A stretch of DNA of 64,000 bases. Origin: Camelus dromedarius. Lineage: Eukaryota. Where the stretch lies: NCBI RefSeq assembly GCF_036321535.1, contig NC_087437.1:79300001-79364000 (forward strand). Direction: 5' to 3'. The translations under genes were made by a program, and so were the position numbers. The notes beneath the pieces are model-generated. The model ran no database searches, was not told the origin of the DNA, and saw only the letters and a program-made list of their open reading frames with translations. Shown here piece by piece: positions 1-13,075 of the stretch. Numbering within the stretch: position 1 is the first letter of the stretch; every line of letters begins with the position of its first letter.

Positions 1-624
1 TTGTAGTAATTTAGGTTCACTTGAGCAGAAAAAGTTAGATTGACAATGATAGCAGCCCAGAGGAGAAGATTGTTTCAGTTTCCCATTTTCAGGCTTACCT
101 TCTGATAAGGAGAATGAATTATAAGAAAAAGTTAACAGTTAAACATGATAGCAATGCCTTAGTGTCCCAGTTTCCCATCTAAAATGTTCTCTTTTAGTTA
201 AAAAAAAAAACAAAAAAACTGGAGGATAACAGGTATTTTTATACTGACATTTTGTTTTATTTAATTATTATTTCTTTTGCTCTAAAAACTCATTTTTGTA
301 TTGTCCAAAAGCTTTCACAATTTGTACTGTGGATTACAGAAACATTAGGAAGTAAACTATGTTCTCTTTGTTCATTTTGATCTTTGATATCATAATTTGT
401 AGTCCTACACAATTATGAAAACACCTTAACCCTTTTTTTAAGAAGATCTTTGTTCCCAGCTATACATTAAATGACTTGATCTATTTGAAAGGAAACTGTA
501 AGGGAAAATTTTAGGTACCAAGACATAGGCTTTGTCATTATGCAAAATAGCTGATTAGAAATCAAGTTAGAAATCAAGAGTTGCCTTGTGTGTCAGCATA
601 AGGATTAAGGGCTTTGCTACTTGA

Positions 625-659
625 TGTGTGTGTGTGTGTGTGTCTATACACACACACAC
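625..659. repeat. (TG)9 followed by (CA)n, a self-complementary microsatellite
   Basis: tgtgtgtgtgtgtgtgtg-tctata-cacacacacac. Confidence 0.9.
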
Positions 660-2139
660 GTGTTTTATTTATAATTTATATAGTTTATAATTATACAGTT
701 GATACATACATATGTAAATACATTTACACAATACATATACAAAGTTATATGCATAAATATGCGTATGTTTATTTATAGTATTTATGTCTTTGTTAGTATT
801 ATATATATATGTTGATGTATTTCCAGATGTTAAGATCACTGTACTTTTCCTTTCCAGCAGTTAGAGCAACGTTCTTTTCTCAGCTTATTCCCTCCCTAAA
901 TCTTGGTGCTTCCATATATTCACACTAGTTGCATTAACTCTTCCCACAGAAAATGATAAATATGTTTGAAAATGACCAGTTCTGAAAAATTAAAAATAAA
1001 ATACTTTTTGTAACATTTTTAGCATTGTGCCTAAAAATATCCTGAGTCTACAAAAGTATAACAGGGTTGTCATGCAGTAATGTTTCTTGGAGGAGAACTG
1101 TTAGGGGAATTCTAGGAAGCAAGGAGCACGAAGGTGTAACTGACAAAAGATGTGCCAACAGAAATGAGCTTTTCCTCATAAGCTCTCTAGTCTTCTGGTT
1201 TTATCACCAGAGGGTCAGTGGTCAGAGAGGCCATAAAGTACTAGCTGATTTAGAATAACCCTCCAAGCTAAGCAATACACAGACTTTGCAAACAATGTAC
1301 TATTCCAGTCATCTGGGTATTTTGTGAAAACTGGAGGTAGTGGCAAAAACAAGAACTTGGAATGATGTTCTGTTGGTCAGTAGGTGAGGTTAAGTGCATC
1401 CACAGAATAGTATTTTAGTAATCTGAGAAATTTTGGCTTCTATAAAAAAATTAGTGATTTGACAGCTATTGAATTCTAATCATGATTAATTATTAAATGT
1501 ATTATTGCACTATTCTCTAGTTTAAGGAGGATTTATAGACGTTAAGGTATGTTTTGAGCCAGGAAATCTTGGAATAACTCTCAGTTCCTTTGGTTCAATC
1601 ACCTGGTCTCCCTGTAAGGATTTGGAGGCAAGTATATACACAAACGGAAAATAAAACAGTTGTAGCAGATGGGCCAATGTTCTGATATCACCTCCACAGA
1701 CCTCTCTGGTCTTAGGGACCATTTCTTCTCCTGCAAGTCACATTCATATCTCTGGTGTAAGAGCTCTTAATATCCCTTAATATCCCTTGAAACATTGGTA
1801 GTGAGAGGAAGCAACATAGATTGATTGTCTCAGTGACCCTGGTCCTAAATGCTCATCCAGAAGTAAAGGATGCAAGGGCTTGGGAGATGAGAAAATGTCG
1901 GGGGAGGGCAAATGATGAGAGGGGCGTACATTATAGTCACTGTCTTTAAAACTAAACTACCTGGTTAGATTTAACTACCCGGAACTAGCACCAGTGATAG
2001 GTGAGTTTACTCAAATATGACCATATGAAATTGAATTGTTCAAAGAATAGCTCCATAATGGGGAAATATCAGAATCATCTCAGGAACATGTTAAGGGTGC
2101 CTTTGTCTTTCTAATACATAATCCTGATTTGAAGGCAGT

Positions 2140-2865
2140 AGCTATGCAATTAGATGAAAAAACATTGGAGTGGAAAAAGTAAAATTATCTTTATCGGCAG
2201 GCATTATTTATAAATAGCTTGAAAACCTAGACAGAATCAATGGAAAAAAATACTACGAACATCATGAAAATTTAGTAAGCAGTATATCAAATTGGTGTAA
2301 TTGGGAGCCTCTGTTTAAAAAAAATAATAACCTGGTAAAGTATAATGGAGAAAAGAACTTATTTAATAAAATTCAAAAAAACCTTTCAGAATAGATATGA
2401 ATTGAGTGAAACCAATATGAGAAAATTATAAAAAAATTTTTAAGAAACAAAAGTAAACTGGAGCAGATGTAAAGCATACTCTGCTCTTGTACTCAATATC
2501 ATATCCCTAAATTAATTTATAGAGATTAGTCAGTCCCAATAAAAAAGGACCATTAGTTTGTTGTTTGTTCTTTTGTTGGTTTTGTCCTGAGCTAAGTACT
2601 TTGGAAGATGAGAATTCATAGCCAGGATGATGGTGGGAGATCAAAAAAAGAAAGCACACAGTGATGACCATGGTTAGTGCTATGAAACCAAAGGAAATTT
2701 TAAAAAAAATTTGAGAAGAAAAAGTTCATGAAACCAAGAGAAGAATGGACAAAGACTGACCTATAAACAGAAAAGAAAAAGATAAATGATCTTTAAATGC
2801 ATGAAAATATAGTCAGCTTCAATCAAAGTAAGAGAAATTAAAATTTAAACATAGCTAGAATATGT

Positions 2866-2906
<41 letters not shown>

Positions 2907-3900
2907 CCAACTCCAAAAGTTTGACAAACTACCCTACTGGCATACAATCCAAAAGAAATTGTTCATTTGGTGACACCTAGCAATTTTTCCTTTGATTCAG
3001 AATTACCATTTTCAAAATTTATCCCAAATCAAAGTAAGGAATAACGTGCGCAAGAATTTTACACAGTAACACTATTAACACCAGAAAACTGGAAGTGAAG
3101 CCCCTTAAGAAAGGACTAGCTCAATAAGCTACGGTATATCTATCCAATGCTGCTGAGAAATTAATGGGGAAGATTTCACAATATAATAATAATATTATGA
3201 GTATATATGGATAGTATTATGAGTATATATGGATAAACTGGTTTTTTACTCAACAATCTGCTGAATACTTGAATAGTATGCTAAGTCTGCTTAAGAGAGG
3301 AATAAAACAGATGTTTATATGTGTATGCATTTTTGTGTGTAATTATATTCATTTGCTTTTTATCTTCAAAACGAAGAAATTAAAGGATAAACCAAAAACA
3401 AGCAAGTGTGTTTGCCTATAGGATGCAGGGAATAGAATTAAGTGGATATGGATAGAAGCTAGATGTCTCTGAGTATGATTGGTTTATCTTTTAGGCCATG
3501 GAACCATTTCAGTATTTGGATACATTTAGTATGTATTTTGTATAACTAAAATTAATAAAGAATGAAACATATCCCCCAAAATTAATAAAATTGAAAGATA
3601 AATAGGCCACTCTAATTGTATATAAACTTGGTGACATAACAGCAAAGTTATGTGTTACCGAGACATTTTTAGATAAATCCTAATGACAAGGACTGCCCAA
3701 ACTGCTTTTATCAGTCTCTTTTTATTGCTGGTAAAATTGATACTGCTATTTGAAGTTGTTCTATTCATCTTGAATATAAAGGAAGTAGGTAATTACATTT
3801 TTGTACTTAGAATTAAGATATTCTATGAAAGCAAAGAGACACAAATTTAAAATTAAGCTAAGTAAAAAATCTGCAGTCTTAATTTTCATTTGGAAATCAG
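2140..3900 (+). mobile_element. Very old L1 (L1ME-like) ORF2 3' part and 3'UTR fragments
   Basis: A-rich degenerate ORF2-like sequence (gtaaaattatcttta...cttgaaaacctag...aatcaatggaaaaaa). Boundaries are approximate. Confidence 0.55.
2869..2905. repeat. (AC)18 microsatellite
   Basis: Perfect AC run. Confidence 0.97.
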
Positions 3901-4794
3901 AGTACAAACTTCCAATTTTCTGTCTAAATTGAGTGCATGTTAATCTGTATTTATCTTTATTAAAAACAAATATGTATATAGGTATATGTGTATATTAGAT
4001 ACAGCTAAGTCACCATTAAGAATACTAAAGGACATATTTAATAAATCTCTTATGAACTATTCCCCAATCTGAAGATTCTCTTATTTCTCCTCTCCACATT
4101 TCAGATTCTCTTTTAAAACTACCATGCTCTGATGGTGTTTCCCCCTCAAATTTTTTTCATTCCTTCCTCATTTTCCAAGAGACTGTGGCCTCTCCAGCAG
4201 GATGCCAGAAGAATGTCCTTTGATTCCTTCTGCTCACCAAGCAGAAGATGAACTCACCATCCTCCCTGCCACCCACAAGCCCTGTCTTTCAATGGTTCTT
4301 ATCTTAAATAATGTTTGACTGACAGGATGGTGATGCAGTTGACTTTTACTTTCCCTCGCCTTTAAATGGAATCAGTTTAAAACTCCTCACATTCTTTTTC
4401 CATAAACTGTCTTACATCTGCCTTATCTTCTCAACTTTCATAGCCAGTTGACTAAATCTGTTTCCTTCATCACTGCTTCTGTGTTTCATTTTTTTCTGTC
4501 CCAAGTTCCCCCAACCCCAATTCTAATTCATCGTATCCTCTATGGCTCTGTTAATATTTTCAGTGGACCACTCAGTTTGTGTCATTCCATTCTCAAAATC
4601 TGCAACATCGTATTTAAGAATGCACACAAACTCCTATTCTTGGTGTTTCAAGAAGCCGTAGTATGGCTCCAAACCATCCTGGATGAGGACACTGTTTATG
4701 GTCTATCGTATGGAAACTTCCTTTGTGGCAAAACTCCATTTTTGATCTAGTGCCTAATTTTTTTTTTCCTATCTTGAAAGCATGGTTCATTTTA

Positions 4795-4947
4795 TTTTAA
4801 TTTATTTGACTATTTTTTATTAAAGTATAGTTGACTTACAATGCTGTGTTAGTCTCTGCTGCGCAACATAGTGATTGAGTTATACATATATATATTCTTT
4901 TTCATTATTGGTTATTATAAGCTATTGAATATAGTTCCCTGTGCTAT
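4795..4947 (-). mobile_element. Short 5'-truncated L1 3' end
   Basis: tttattaaagtatagttgacttacaatg...ttgaatatagttccctgtgctat, homologous to the other L1 3' ends in the window. Confidence 0.8.
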
Positions 4948-7900
4948 CGTTACATGAAGTCACTTATTTCACTTTGGAGTATTTACTTGAACTTTGTCCA
5001 ACAAAGAACAGAAAGTAAAAATGACCCAAAAAATCAGATAAAAATTGGAAGAGGAAGAAAAATGTGACTTCCAATTGGGTAGTATATATTGATCCTGAGT
5101 TAATTACGATTAAAAAGAAGCAGGTCTGAAAGGATCTAAGACCTTTATTAGATATGAGAGAGCTCTCCAAGAAACAGGAGTTGCCCTCCCTGCATCTATT
5201 TTTCCTTTTTGCTGTGATACCACTTGATGCCTAGATAAAGTCTCCTACATAGCTGCTCTCTTTTAAAATCATTTCTTTACAACATATTGTTCATCTTTTT
5301 TGCTGTCACAGTCTTATTTATGTGGGTGCACATTTATGACTCATCATTTTCCCTTCACTTTATTTCTTCTCCCAACTTAATTTGCATATTCCTCCTAATG
5401 CATTAAAATATCTTCACTTCATGCATTAATATATGTTGACTTCATATCACACACTGTCGACAAGAAATGGGTTGCAATAACAATTTCAGTCCTTCTAGAT
5501 GAAGATTTTTGCTCACTGGCAGAGGGAAAATTGGAAGACTGCAAAAAAATCCAGTCGTTTTTTGTTTTGTTTTTGGTAAAAGGAGAAGTAGTAGTGTATG
5601 TGAGCAGTTAACAAAAGCAATACAAAAGCAAAAAGAGCCTAGTGTATTTTTCCATGGAAATTACATAAGAACTTACTAAATTAGAAAATTGGGAAAGTTA
5701 TATGAATTGTCTCAAGTAAACAGGTTTATCAGTGTATTTAGATTGCTTGATAGATATACTGGAATATCATTTCTGTTTCTGGATATAAGTTGATTTTTAG
5801 GTTAAATATTTCATAGCATTTAAGTGAGTCAACCATCCCTAATTTATCTTAGGATGCTTGATTTTGCAGACAGTAAATATCTACATGTATTTTTTTCACA
5901 GTCATTATTCATCTCTATTATACTTATTAAGATGTAGTTCATTTGAGATTTTATTTTTTGTTAAAGAATCTTTCAAAGACAGAAATCAATCAGTGCTGTG
6001 AAACATGGCTACAAGTATGCTTCAAGCTGTTTTTAAGGAATAAATTATTCATGTTTAAATTCACTTTCCTAAGTAGTCATGCTACCTCTGTTGATAGAAT
6101 TTTCTCCAAACTGAATTCAAGCCTGACATTTTTGATACTTTGTATGGATTTTTAAAAGTCCACTGTATATGTCTTTGCATCCCACACACAGCATACCTCG
6201 CTCGTAAAACTGCTGTGGATGCAAATCACATAGAAGAAATGCACCATAATTTGCCAAGTTGTAAAATTTTCTGTAATTTATAGATTGAAAATTTTATAGC
6301 AATACGTACCATTTTAAGTTATTTTATTACTATTTAAAAGAAAACCACAAAGTTCTTGCAAATTATGAAAATTCCCAGATAATAATCCTCACATTAAAGG
6401 CCCTGAGATTTTAAAAGAATACACAGAAATTGTTTCAGAATCCCATACAAAAGGTTAAAAATAGCATAATCATCTTGAATAATAGCAGTGAATATTAGAG
6501 ATATGCTTAAGTATTTATGTTTAAAGCGACTTTGGCACATTACCCTATGCTAAGCACAGGAGAAACGTTAAAGGATTTGTGAATTTCAGATTTTCTCAGG
6601 AGAAGGAACAGTTCTGTTCACAATGTGTTCTTTTTCATTTGCTTCCATTCAACTATAGGGCACATTCTCCGTTGTCTACTTTCCTTTCTGCTTTCCAGCG
6701 CACACATTCTAGTCCTGTACATGAGCATTTCTTCCCAAATTGACTGCATTTTCCCTTTAAAATGACACTGCATATTAGACCTGCCATTTTTAAAAGAATA
6801 TTCTGACATGGAAGAATATGTAAATTTCACCAGCAGTGGAAATTATACATTTATTATTTGTCAGATATTCTAACAGAGGAACTGAAGAGAAGGAAAAAAA
6901 TGTATGGAATATAAGATTTAGTACCAAATACTGCACTTTCAAGAGCTGATTTGACAGGTTCGTGGAAGACTCAAGAAACATCCATAAATTAGCAATTTTA
7001 TTTGTGAATTAGCATTGATTCAGTACCATTTAATTAAATAAATCACCTTTACATTTTATGTGCAATACAAGTCACAGAATACACATCTTAATGACAGTTT
7101 CTTTAAGTGTCATAAAATGAAAGGTTGCTCTGAGAATCTTAATTTTTTAAAGCAGTAATCCCACTGGTATGACTGCTGATGAGAAAAATACACATTTCAT
7201 GCCTCCAGAATTTTAAGGAAAGCAGTTGTTGGGTTTAACACTTCATTAGTCACCTCATACATCACAGGCTCATTATTACTTTCTTTCCATATCCAGAAGG
7301 ATTTCCATAGCAAGTGAAAAAAGGCATAAAGGGATATCAAGGATTTGTGGCATGCCTGAAAGGAAAATGCACATAAAGGGAGAAAGAAAAAGAAATAAAC
7401 AGGATGGAAGCAGCACTTCAAATGACACAGTGATAATGACTGTTAACATTGTGAGAAGGTACCAGTCATCCAACCATCTGCTCCAGACAGGCAGCATAGC
7501 AAACAAGGTTAAAAGAAAGAAAATGCTTAGGAATGAATATTTTGCTTGATTTTCATTAAATGCCTCTAATTCACATAGTCTTTGTTCAAAGGAGAAGGGC
7601 TCCTCAAAAACTAAAACCGAACCCCTCATGCAAGACGCTACCGAGATCCCATCTGAGAGTTGCACAGAAGGTCACGTCGTCCTTGAAAGCACAAATGAGT
7701 CATGACAATGCAATCTTTTTTTTTTTCCCCTCTAAAATCCATTTAATGAAGGAGCTGAGATATGGGGACCATCTCCTGACTCCCTAAGGTCTAAAGTAAT
7801 TAGATTCTGTCCATTTATAATCGGAGTGTCTTAAAAAATAAAAGCACAGTAATGGCTGAATAAGCCTGGAGCAAGTGGGAGGACCTTCTCAGATTTTCTC

Positions 7901-8214
7901 CCCAGGGTGTCTTCTAGGGCTTGAAAGCATTTTCCTGAAGTCCTTTCTGACTCAAAGACCATCATCTGTGTCTGATTCTTAGGCTCTAAAAATCTATTCT
8001 CTTACTCTAATCTGATCCTAAAAATTTCTATCTTCCCTGACCTGAATTTATTTGATTCTCAGACTGGGGCCAAACATACTCTTGACTAAGAGAAGAATCA
8101 GACATTCCTCAATGTCATTGACCTTTTATCTCCGCATAGACTTTCCCAGTGCACCGTACCCCGGAATACCAGTTCCATTGCTCATGCTCTTTCCCAATGT
8201 ATGTTTTTATTATC

Positions 8215-11140
8215 TTTAAGTTTTTATTTTGAAGTAATTATATATTCACAGACAGTTGCAAAAATAGCACAGTTTCATTAGTCACCCAGTTTCTGAGTAC
8301 CCTTCACCCAGTTTCTCCAAGTGGTCAGATCTTCAGTAGATTGGGATCAGAAAAAAGGAAGTTGACATTAGTACAAAGCATGTTCTTAGTTCTATGCCAT
8401 TTTGTCACATGTGTAGATTCGTGCAATCACCATCAAAATCAAGACACAGAACTATTTCAACACAAATCTCCTTTTACTACCCCATATAGCCACACCAACC
8501 ACCATGTCACCCTCCCACAATCTTTAGACTCTAGCAGTCACTAGCATTTTCTCCATCTCCATAATATTGTCATTTTAAGAATGTTATATAAACAGAATTT
8601 ATAGGATATGACTTTTTGGTCTTTCTTCACTTATAATGTTATGCCCCTAAAATCAATCCAGATTGTGTGTATCAAGTTTTTTTATTTGGCTATCTCTGAG
8701 TAGTATTCTATGGTGTAAGTATACTATGGTTTTTATAATCATTTGTCCACTGAAGGACACTTTTGTTGTTTATAGTTATTAGCAATTTAAAAAAAAAGCT
8801 GCTGTAAGCATTCATGCGCAAGCTTGTGCGTGTGTGTAAATGTTTTCATTTATCTGGGGTAAACGTTCAGGAGTACTATTACTGAGTTATATATTAAGAG
8901 TATATTTAGTTACTTAAAAAAAGCTCAAACCATGTTCAAGAGTATTTAAACAAGTTAGTATTCCCACCAGCCATTTATGAGTGACTCAGTTTCTCCACAT
9001 TCTTGTCAGCACTTAGTATTGTCACTTTTTAAATTTTATGTGTGTAGGGATATCTTATCACGGTCTTAATCTGCATTTCTCTAGTGGCCAGTGAGGAACA
9101 TCTTTTCATGTGCTTATTTGTCATCCATAGAACCTCTTTGGTGAATTGTCTTTTCATTTATTTTGCCCAGTTTCAAACTGGATTATTTGGGGGTTTTTGT
9201 TGTTGTTTTGTTTGCTTGCTGTTTACTGTTGGGTTTTACGAGTACTTTATAGATTCCAGACACAGCACTTAGTAAGTTATGTGATTTGTTCACAGTATCT
9301 AGTTCGTCTTTTCATCCCCTCAACAGGGACTTCTTAAGTTCAAATGATACATTTTTAAATTTTACATAGCATGCTTTTGGTATCACGTCTAAGAATTCTT
9401 CACCAAGCCCTAGGTCTTAGATTTTCCTCTATATTTTCTTCAAAACATTGTATATTTCTATGTTTTTCATTTATATCTATGAACTTTTTTTGGCCTGTGG
9501 TATCCAGTTGCTCCACCACTGTTTGTTGACAGCTGCCCTTCCACTGAATTAATTTTGTACCTTCTGTACTTTTTATACTTGTGCAGGTCTATATCTGTGT
9601 TCTTTTATGTGTCTGTCTCTCTGCCAACATGACATAATCCTGATCATGGTATCTTCATATTAATTCTTAATATTAGATACTCATACTTCCTATTATATTC
9701 TTCTTTTTCCAAATTCTCTGAGTTGGTCAAATTCCTTTGCTTTTCTATAGAAATTTTAGAATAATTTTATCTTTAGTCATAAAAATTTGCTAGGATTCTG
9801 ATAGGAATTACATTAAATTTATATATCGTTTTAGATAATTAAAATCTCTACCATGCTATTTTTTCCAGTCCAGAAACATAATATGTCTCTCCATTTATTT
9901 TCTCCTGATTTCATTCATCAGTATTTTGTAGTTCTCAGGATACATGTTCCGTTTCATTATTTTTTTGCATTTATTATATTTATATTTTGTTATATTTATA
10001 GAATAAATATACAGTATTTATCAATATATATAAATATAAAAATTAAAATTAAATAAATATAAACATATAAATAAATACACTGTATACTGTATTTTAATCT
10101 TGGTTTCCATGTATTCATTGCTAGTATACAGATATACAATTGATTTTTAAAGTTTTTACCTTATACCTGTGATCTTGTTGAACTTATTCAATGAATTTTT
10201 TCATAGATTCTTTGGATTTTCTACATATACCAGCATTTCATCTGCAAATATAGATGCTCTGTTTCTTCATCTGCAAATACACACAGCGTTATTTCTTCAT
10301 TTTGGATATGTATGCATTTTAATTCCTTTTCTTGCTTTATTCACTGTCAGAACTTCAGTACTGAGTTTAATAAGCTTGGCAAGTGTGGCTTGCTTGTTCC
10401 CAGTCTCAGGACAAAAGCATTCAATCTTAGGCCAGTAAGTATGATGTTAGAAGTAAGTTTTAAGTTTTTCTTTAGAAGTTCATTATTGAATTGAAAAAGT
10501 TCTCCTCTATTCCTGGAGTTTCTGAGAGTTTTTATTATGAATGCTAAATTTTATTAAATGATTTTTCTGTGTCAGTTGATACTATCATGTGATTTTTAGC
10601 CTGCTAGTGGTGAATTACATTGATTGATTTTCAATATTGAACAAGTAGGGTAGGGATAAAAGTCCCAGCTCCCTATGTGATCGTCTCTGACACTACTGTG
10701 GGAAGAGGGGGTGACTGAAGATGGCCGGGCAAGTGTGAAAGTCTAGTCACTCATCCTCTTTTGTTGACGGAGGTGATTATGGGGTCTTTTATTTTTTCAT
10801 GGTGTTTTTTGGAGTTGAATGGTTAGGCTGCCCCTTCCCTTGTCTTTGGCTAATGAGAACAGGCAATTCTTAAGAATTTGTTTTGGTCTACATTCATTGC
10901 TGTTTCCAGTTTGCCTGCTTCTCCAACACCCAGTGGAATGTATGAAGAAAAGGAAAACCTAAGATCCAGGGAACTTACTGCCATATCATTCCCCAGGTCC
11001 TGGCCAGATGCCTTCTTCTTCCTCTCTTTCATAGCCATCTTAACTTTGTTGTGTATATGATGTCCAAGGATTTTAGCTGTACTTCTTGGCAGGAATAGGG
11101 AGAGATGTGTCTATACCATCTTGTTTAGAACTGGAAGTCA
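8215..11140 (-). mobile_element. Old L1 (L1MC/L1MD-like): 3'UTR and ORF2 3' half joined to a 5'UTR fragment
   Basis: Degenerate 3'UTR at 8215-8900, ORF2 remnants to about 10643 ([15 protein letters not shown]), then an L1M 5'-end-like segment ending gacttccagttctaaacaagatgg on the minus strand. Confidence 0.75.
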
Positions 11141-11557
11141 GCATGTACTTTTTACATTCTAAGTCACATTAACTTTTATGCATTGTTGTTCTGGTAAATC
11201 CAGAGCATTTTTTAAGGCATCAGTTTTTTTTTAATCTTTTAAGAAATAGAATGTCTTTCATGAGAAGCAAGTGTTAGAATAATGTATATGGAAAACAGAG
11301 ATAAGAACACTACTTTACAAATTTATCTTTGATGAGAATTTCCCCTAGAATTTGATGGAAAATCTACCAGTCACTAGAGAATATATAAATTAGGGAATAC
11401 ACAGTGATTTCTCTAAAAAAAAAAAAAAAAAGTGCAGGAGAATTGATTTGTAAACACAAAGGAAATAAACAGCTAATATAAATGAAATGTGTCAAATGTG
11501 ATGAGTGAAATATACACATGGAAATACTAGAACATCAAAGAATGAAACAGTCTAGGC

Positions 11558-11726
11558 CAGTGGTTCCCAAACTGCATCATAATTATCTAGCAGCTTTTTA
11601 AAACTCTGGGCACTAATCCAGAGTTTCTGATTCAGTGGACTGAGACCTAGCACAAAATTTCATTTTTAACAAGTTACTAGGTATTGCAAAGGTGCTGATC
11701 CAGAGACCATATTTTGAGAATTACTA
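11558..11726. mobile_element. MER5A-like hAT-Charlie MITE
   Basis: Termini cagtggttcccaaact ... ttttgagaattacta; inserted at a gtctaggc (NTCTAGAN-like) site. Confidence 0.75.
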
Positions 11727-12839
11727 GGCTAACCGGTGAGGAGAGAGTAATTCTTGGGTGGTTCTTAGAAGTGAATAAGAATTCACTGGGGAACTCAGAA
11801 TACAAGGCTTAGCTGTCAATGATATTCTAAGATGGAAGGTGTGTAGTAATTAAATATTATTTAAAGTATTTATTCACAGTCTTAGTTTTGCCATGCAGAA
11901 ACTTTGGTTGAGAGATAAATATTGCTATCCATAGACATAGAAATAAGAGAGCATTTCAGTTTAGGACTCTTGGGTGGAAAGGACAAAGGTCAGGTTTCAT
12001 CAAGTGGCATCAGGTATTTAAGAATGAATGAAGTCATTTTTAATGTATTTGAAGAAAAAGAGTAATACGTCTTTAAACAAAATACATTTTTATTACATTT
12101 AAGATTCACTTAAGTCTATTTGCATCAGAACTAGGTGGACCTTGAAGGTAGAGACAATGCTAGATTCGCTAAGTGAGTTTCTCTTCTTGTTTCTGAACCA
12201 TAGTGTTTCATGAAATATTTCACTGTATAGTGCCTTATAATTAAAAACTTCTATCAGACTTTTCATCTTGTTTTCTTTTCACTAAAAAACAGCCTGACTA
12301 TATAGTTTATCTTCCCCTTTGACACAAGTCAGAGATGAGTACCACTAAAGCCTGGATACATAAAGAAGTTACTTTGTTCTACTTTCACCAATCTCGAGTT
12401 CTACTTTCTATTTTCTAGCTTGGAAATACAATTTTATTCAGAGTATCTTTCTTCTCTTTCCTTTTAATTTACCTCTTCAATATGTAGCTTTCTCCAAAAT
12501 TAAATTTTACTAGTGTTAAATTTTTATTATTATATTCAGTTTTACATAAATGTTAAAACAGACAAAGTTATCCTTGCCTTGGTCATATTATCATTCTGCT
12601 TATTATTTTATAGGAAATTCATTTGCATAGATTATAGGCCAGAGATGTAGGCCAATAATGAAACATAAAACCTGCCACAAAGTAGACATTAAACAGGTAT
12701 TTGTGAAGTGAATGACCTCCTCAATTATTTTGTCTAGTATTTCCATAGACATACCACCTTTAAGAGTGTTAACTTTCCTGAGAAAAGTTAACCCAGAAGT
12801 CAAGGTCTGTCAAGTGGATGCTCTGTTTATGGAGACAGA

Positions 12840-13075
12840 TTGTAGTGAAGAAACTAAGAGTGTGGAATGTAGAATCAGACTACTTCTCCTATAATTTAAA
12901 TTACTTATCAGCTGTATGAAATTGAGCACATTACTTAATTTTCTGTCTAAAAATACTCAATGATAATGATGATAACAGAACTTTTGTCCGTAAGCACATT
13001 GTGATGTTAAAATGAGGTCAATATATGAAGCATATATGTAATACACTTTATACATGTTCATTAATGTTATTTAGT
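12840..13075 (+). mobile_element. MIR SINE
   Basis: Degenerate MIR core (agctgtatgaaattgagcacattacttaattttctgtct...attgtgatgttaaaatgag). Confidence 0.55.

Noticed and set aside
7197..7787. Cluster of overlapping ORFs (up to 129 aa)
   Set aside because: No recognisable protein similarity or exon structure.
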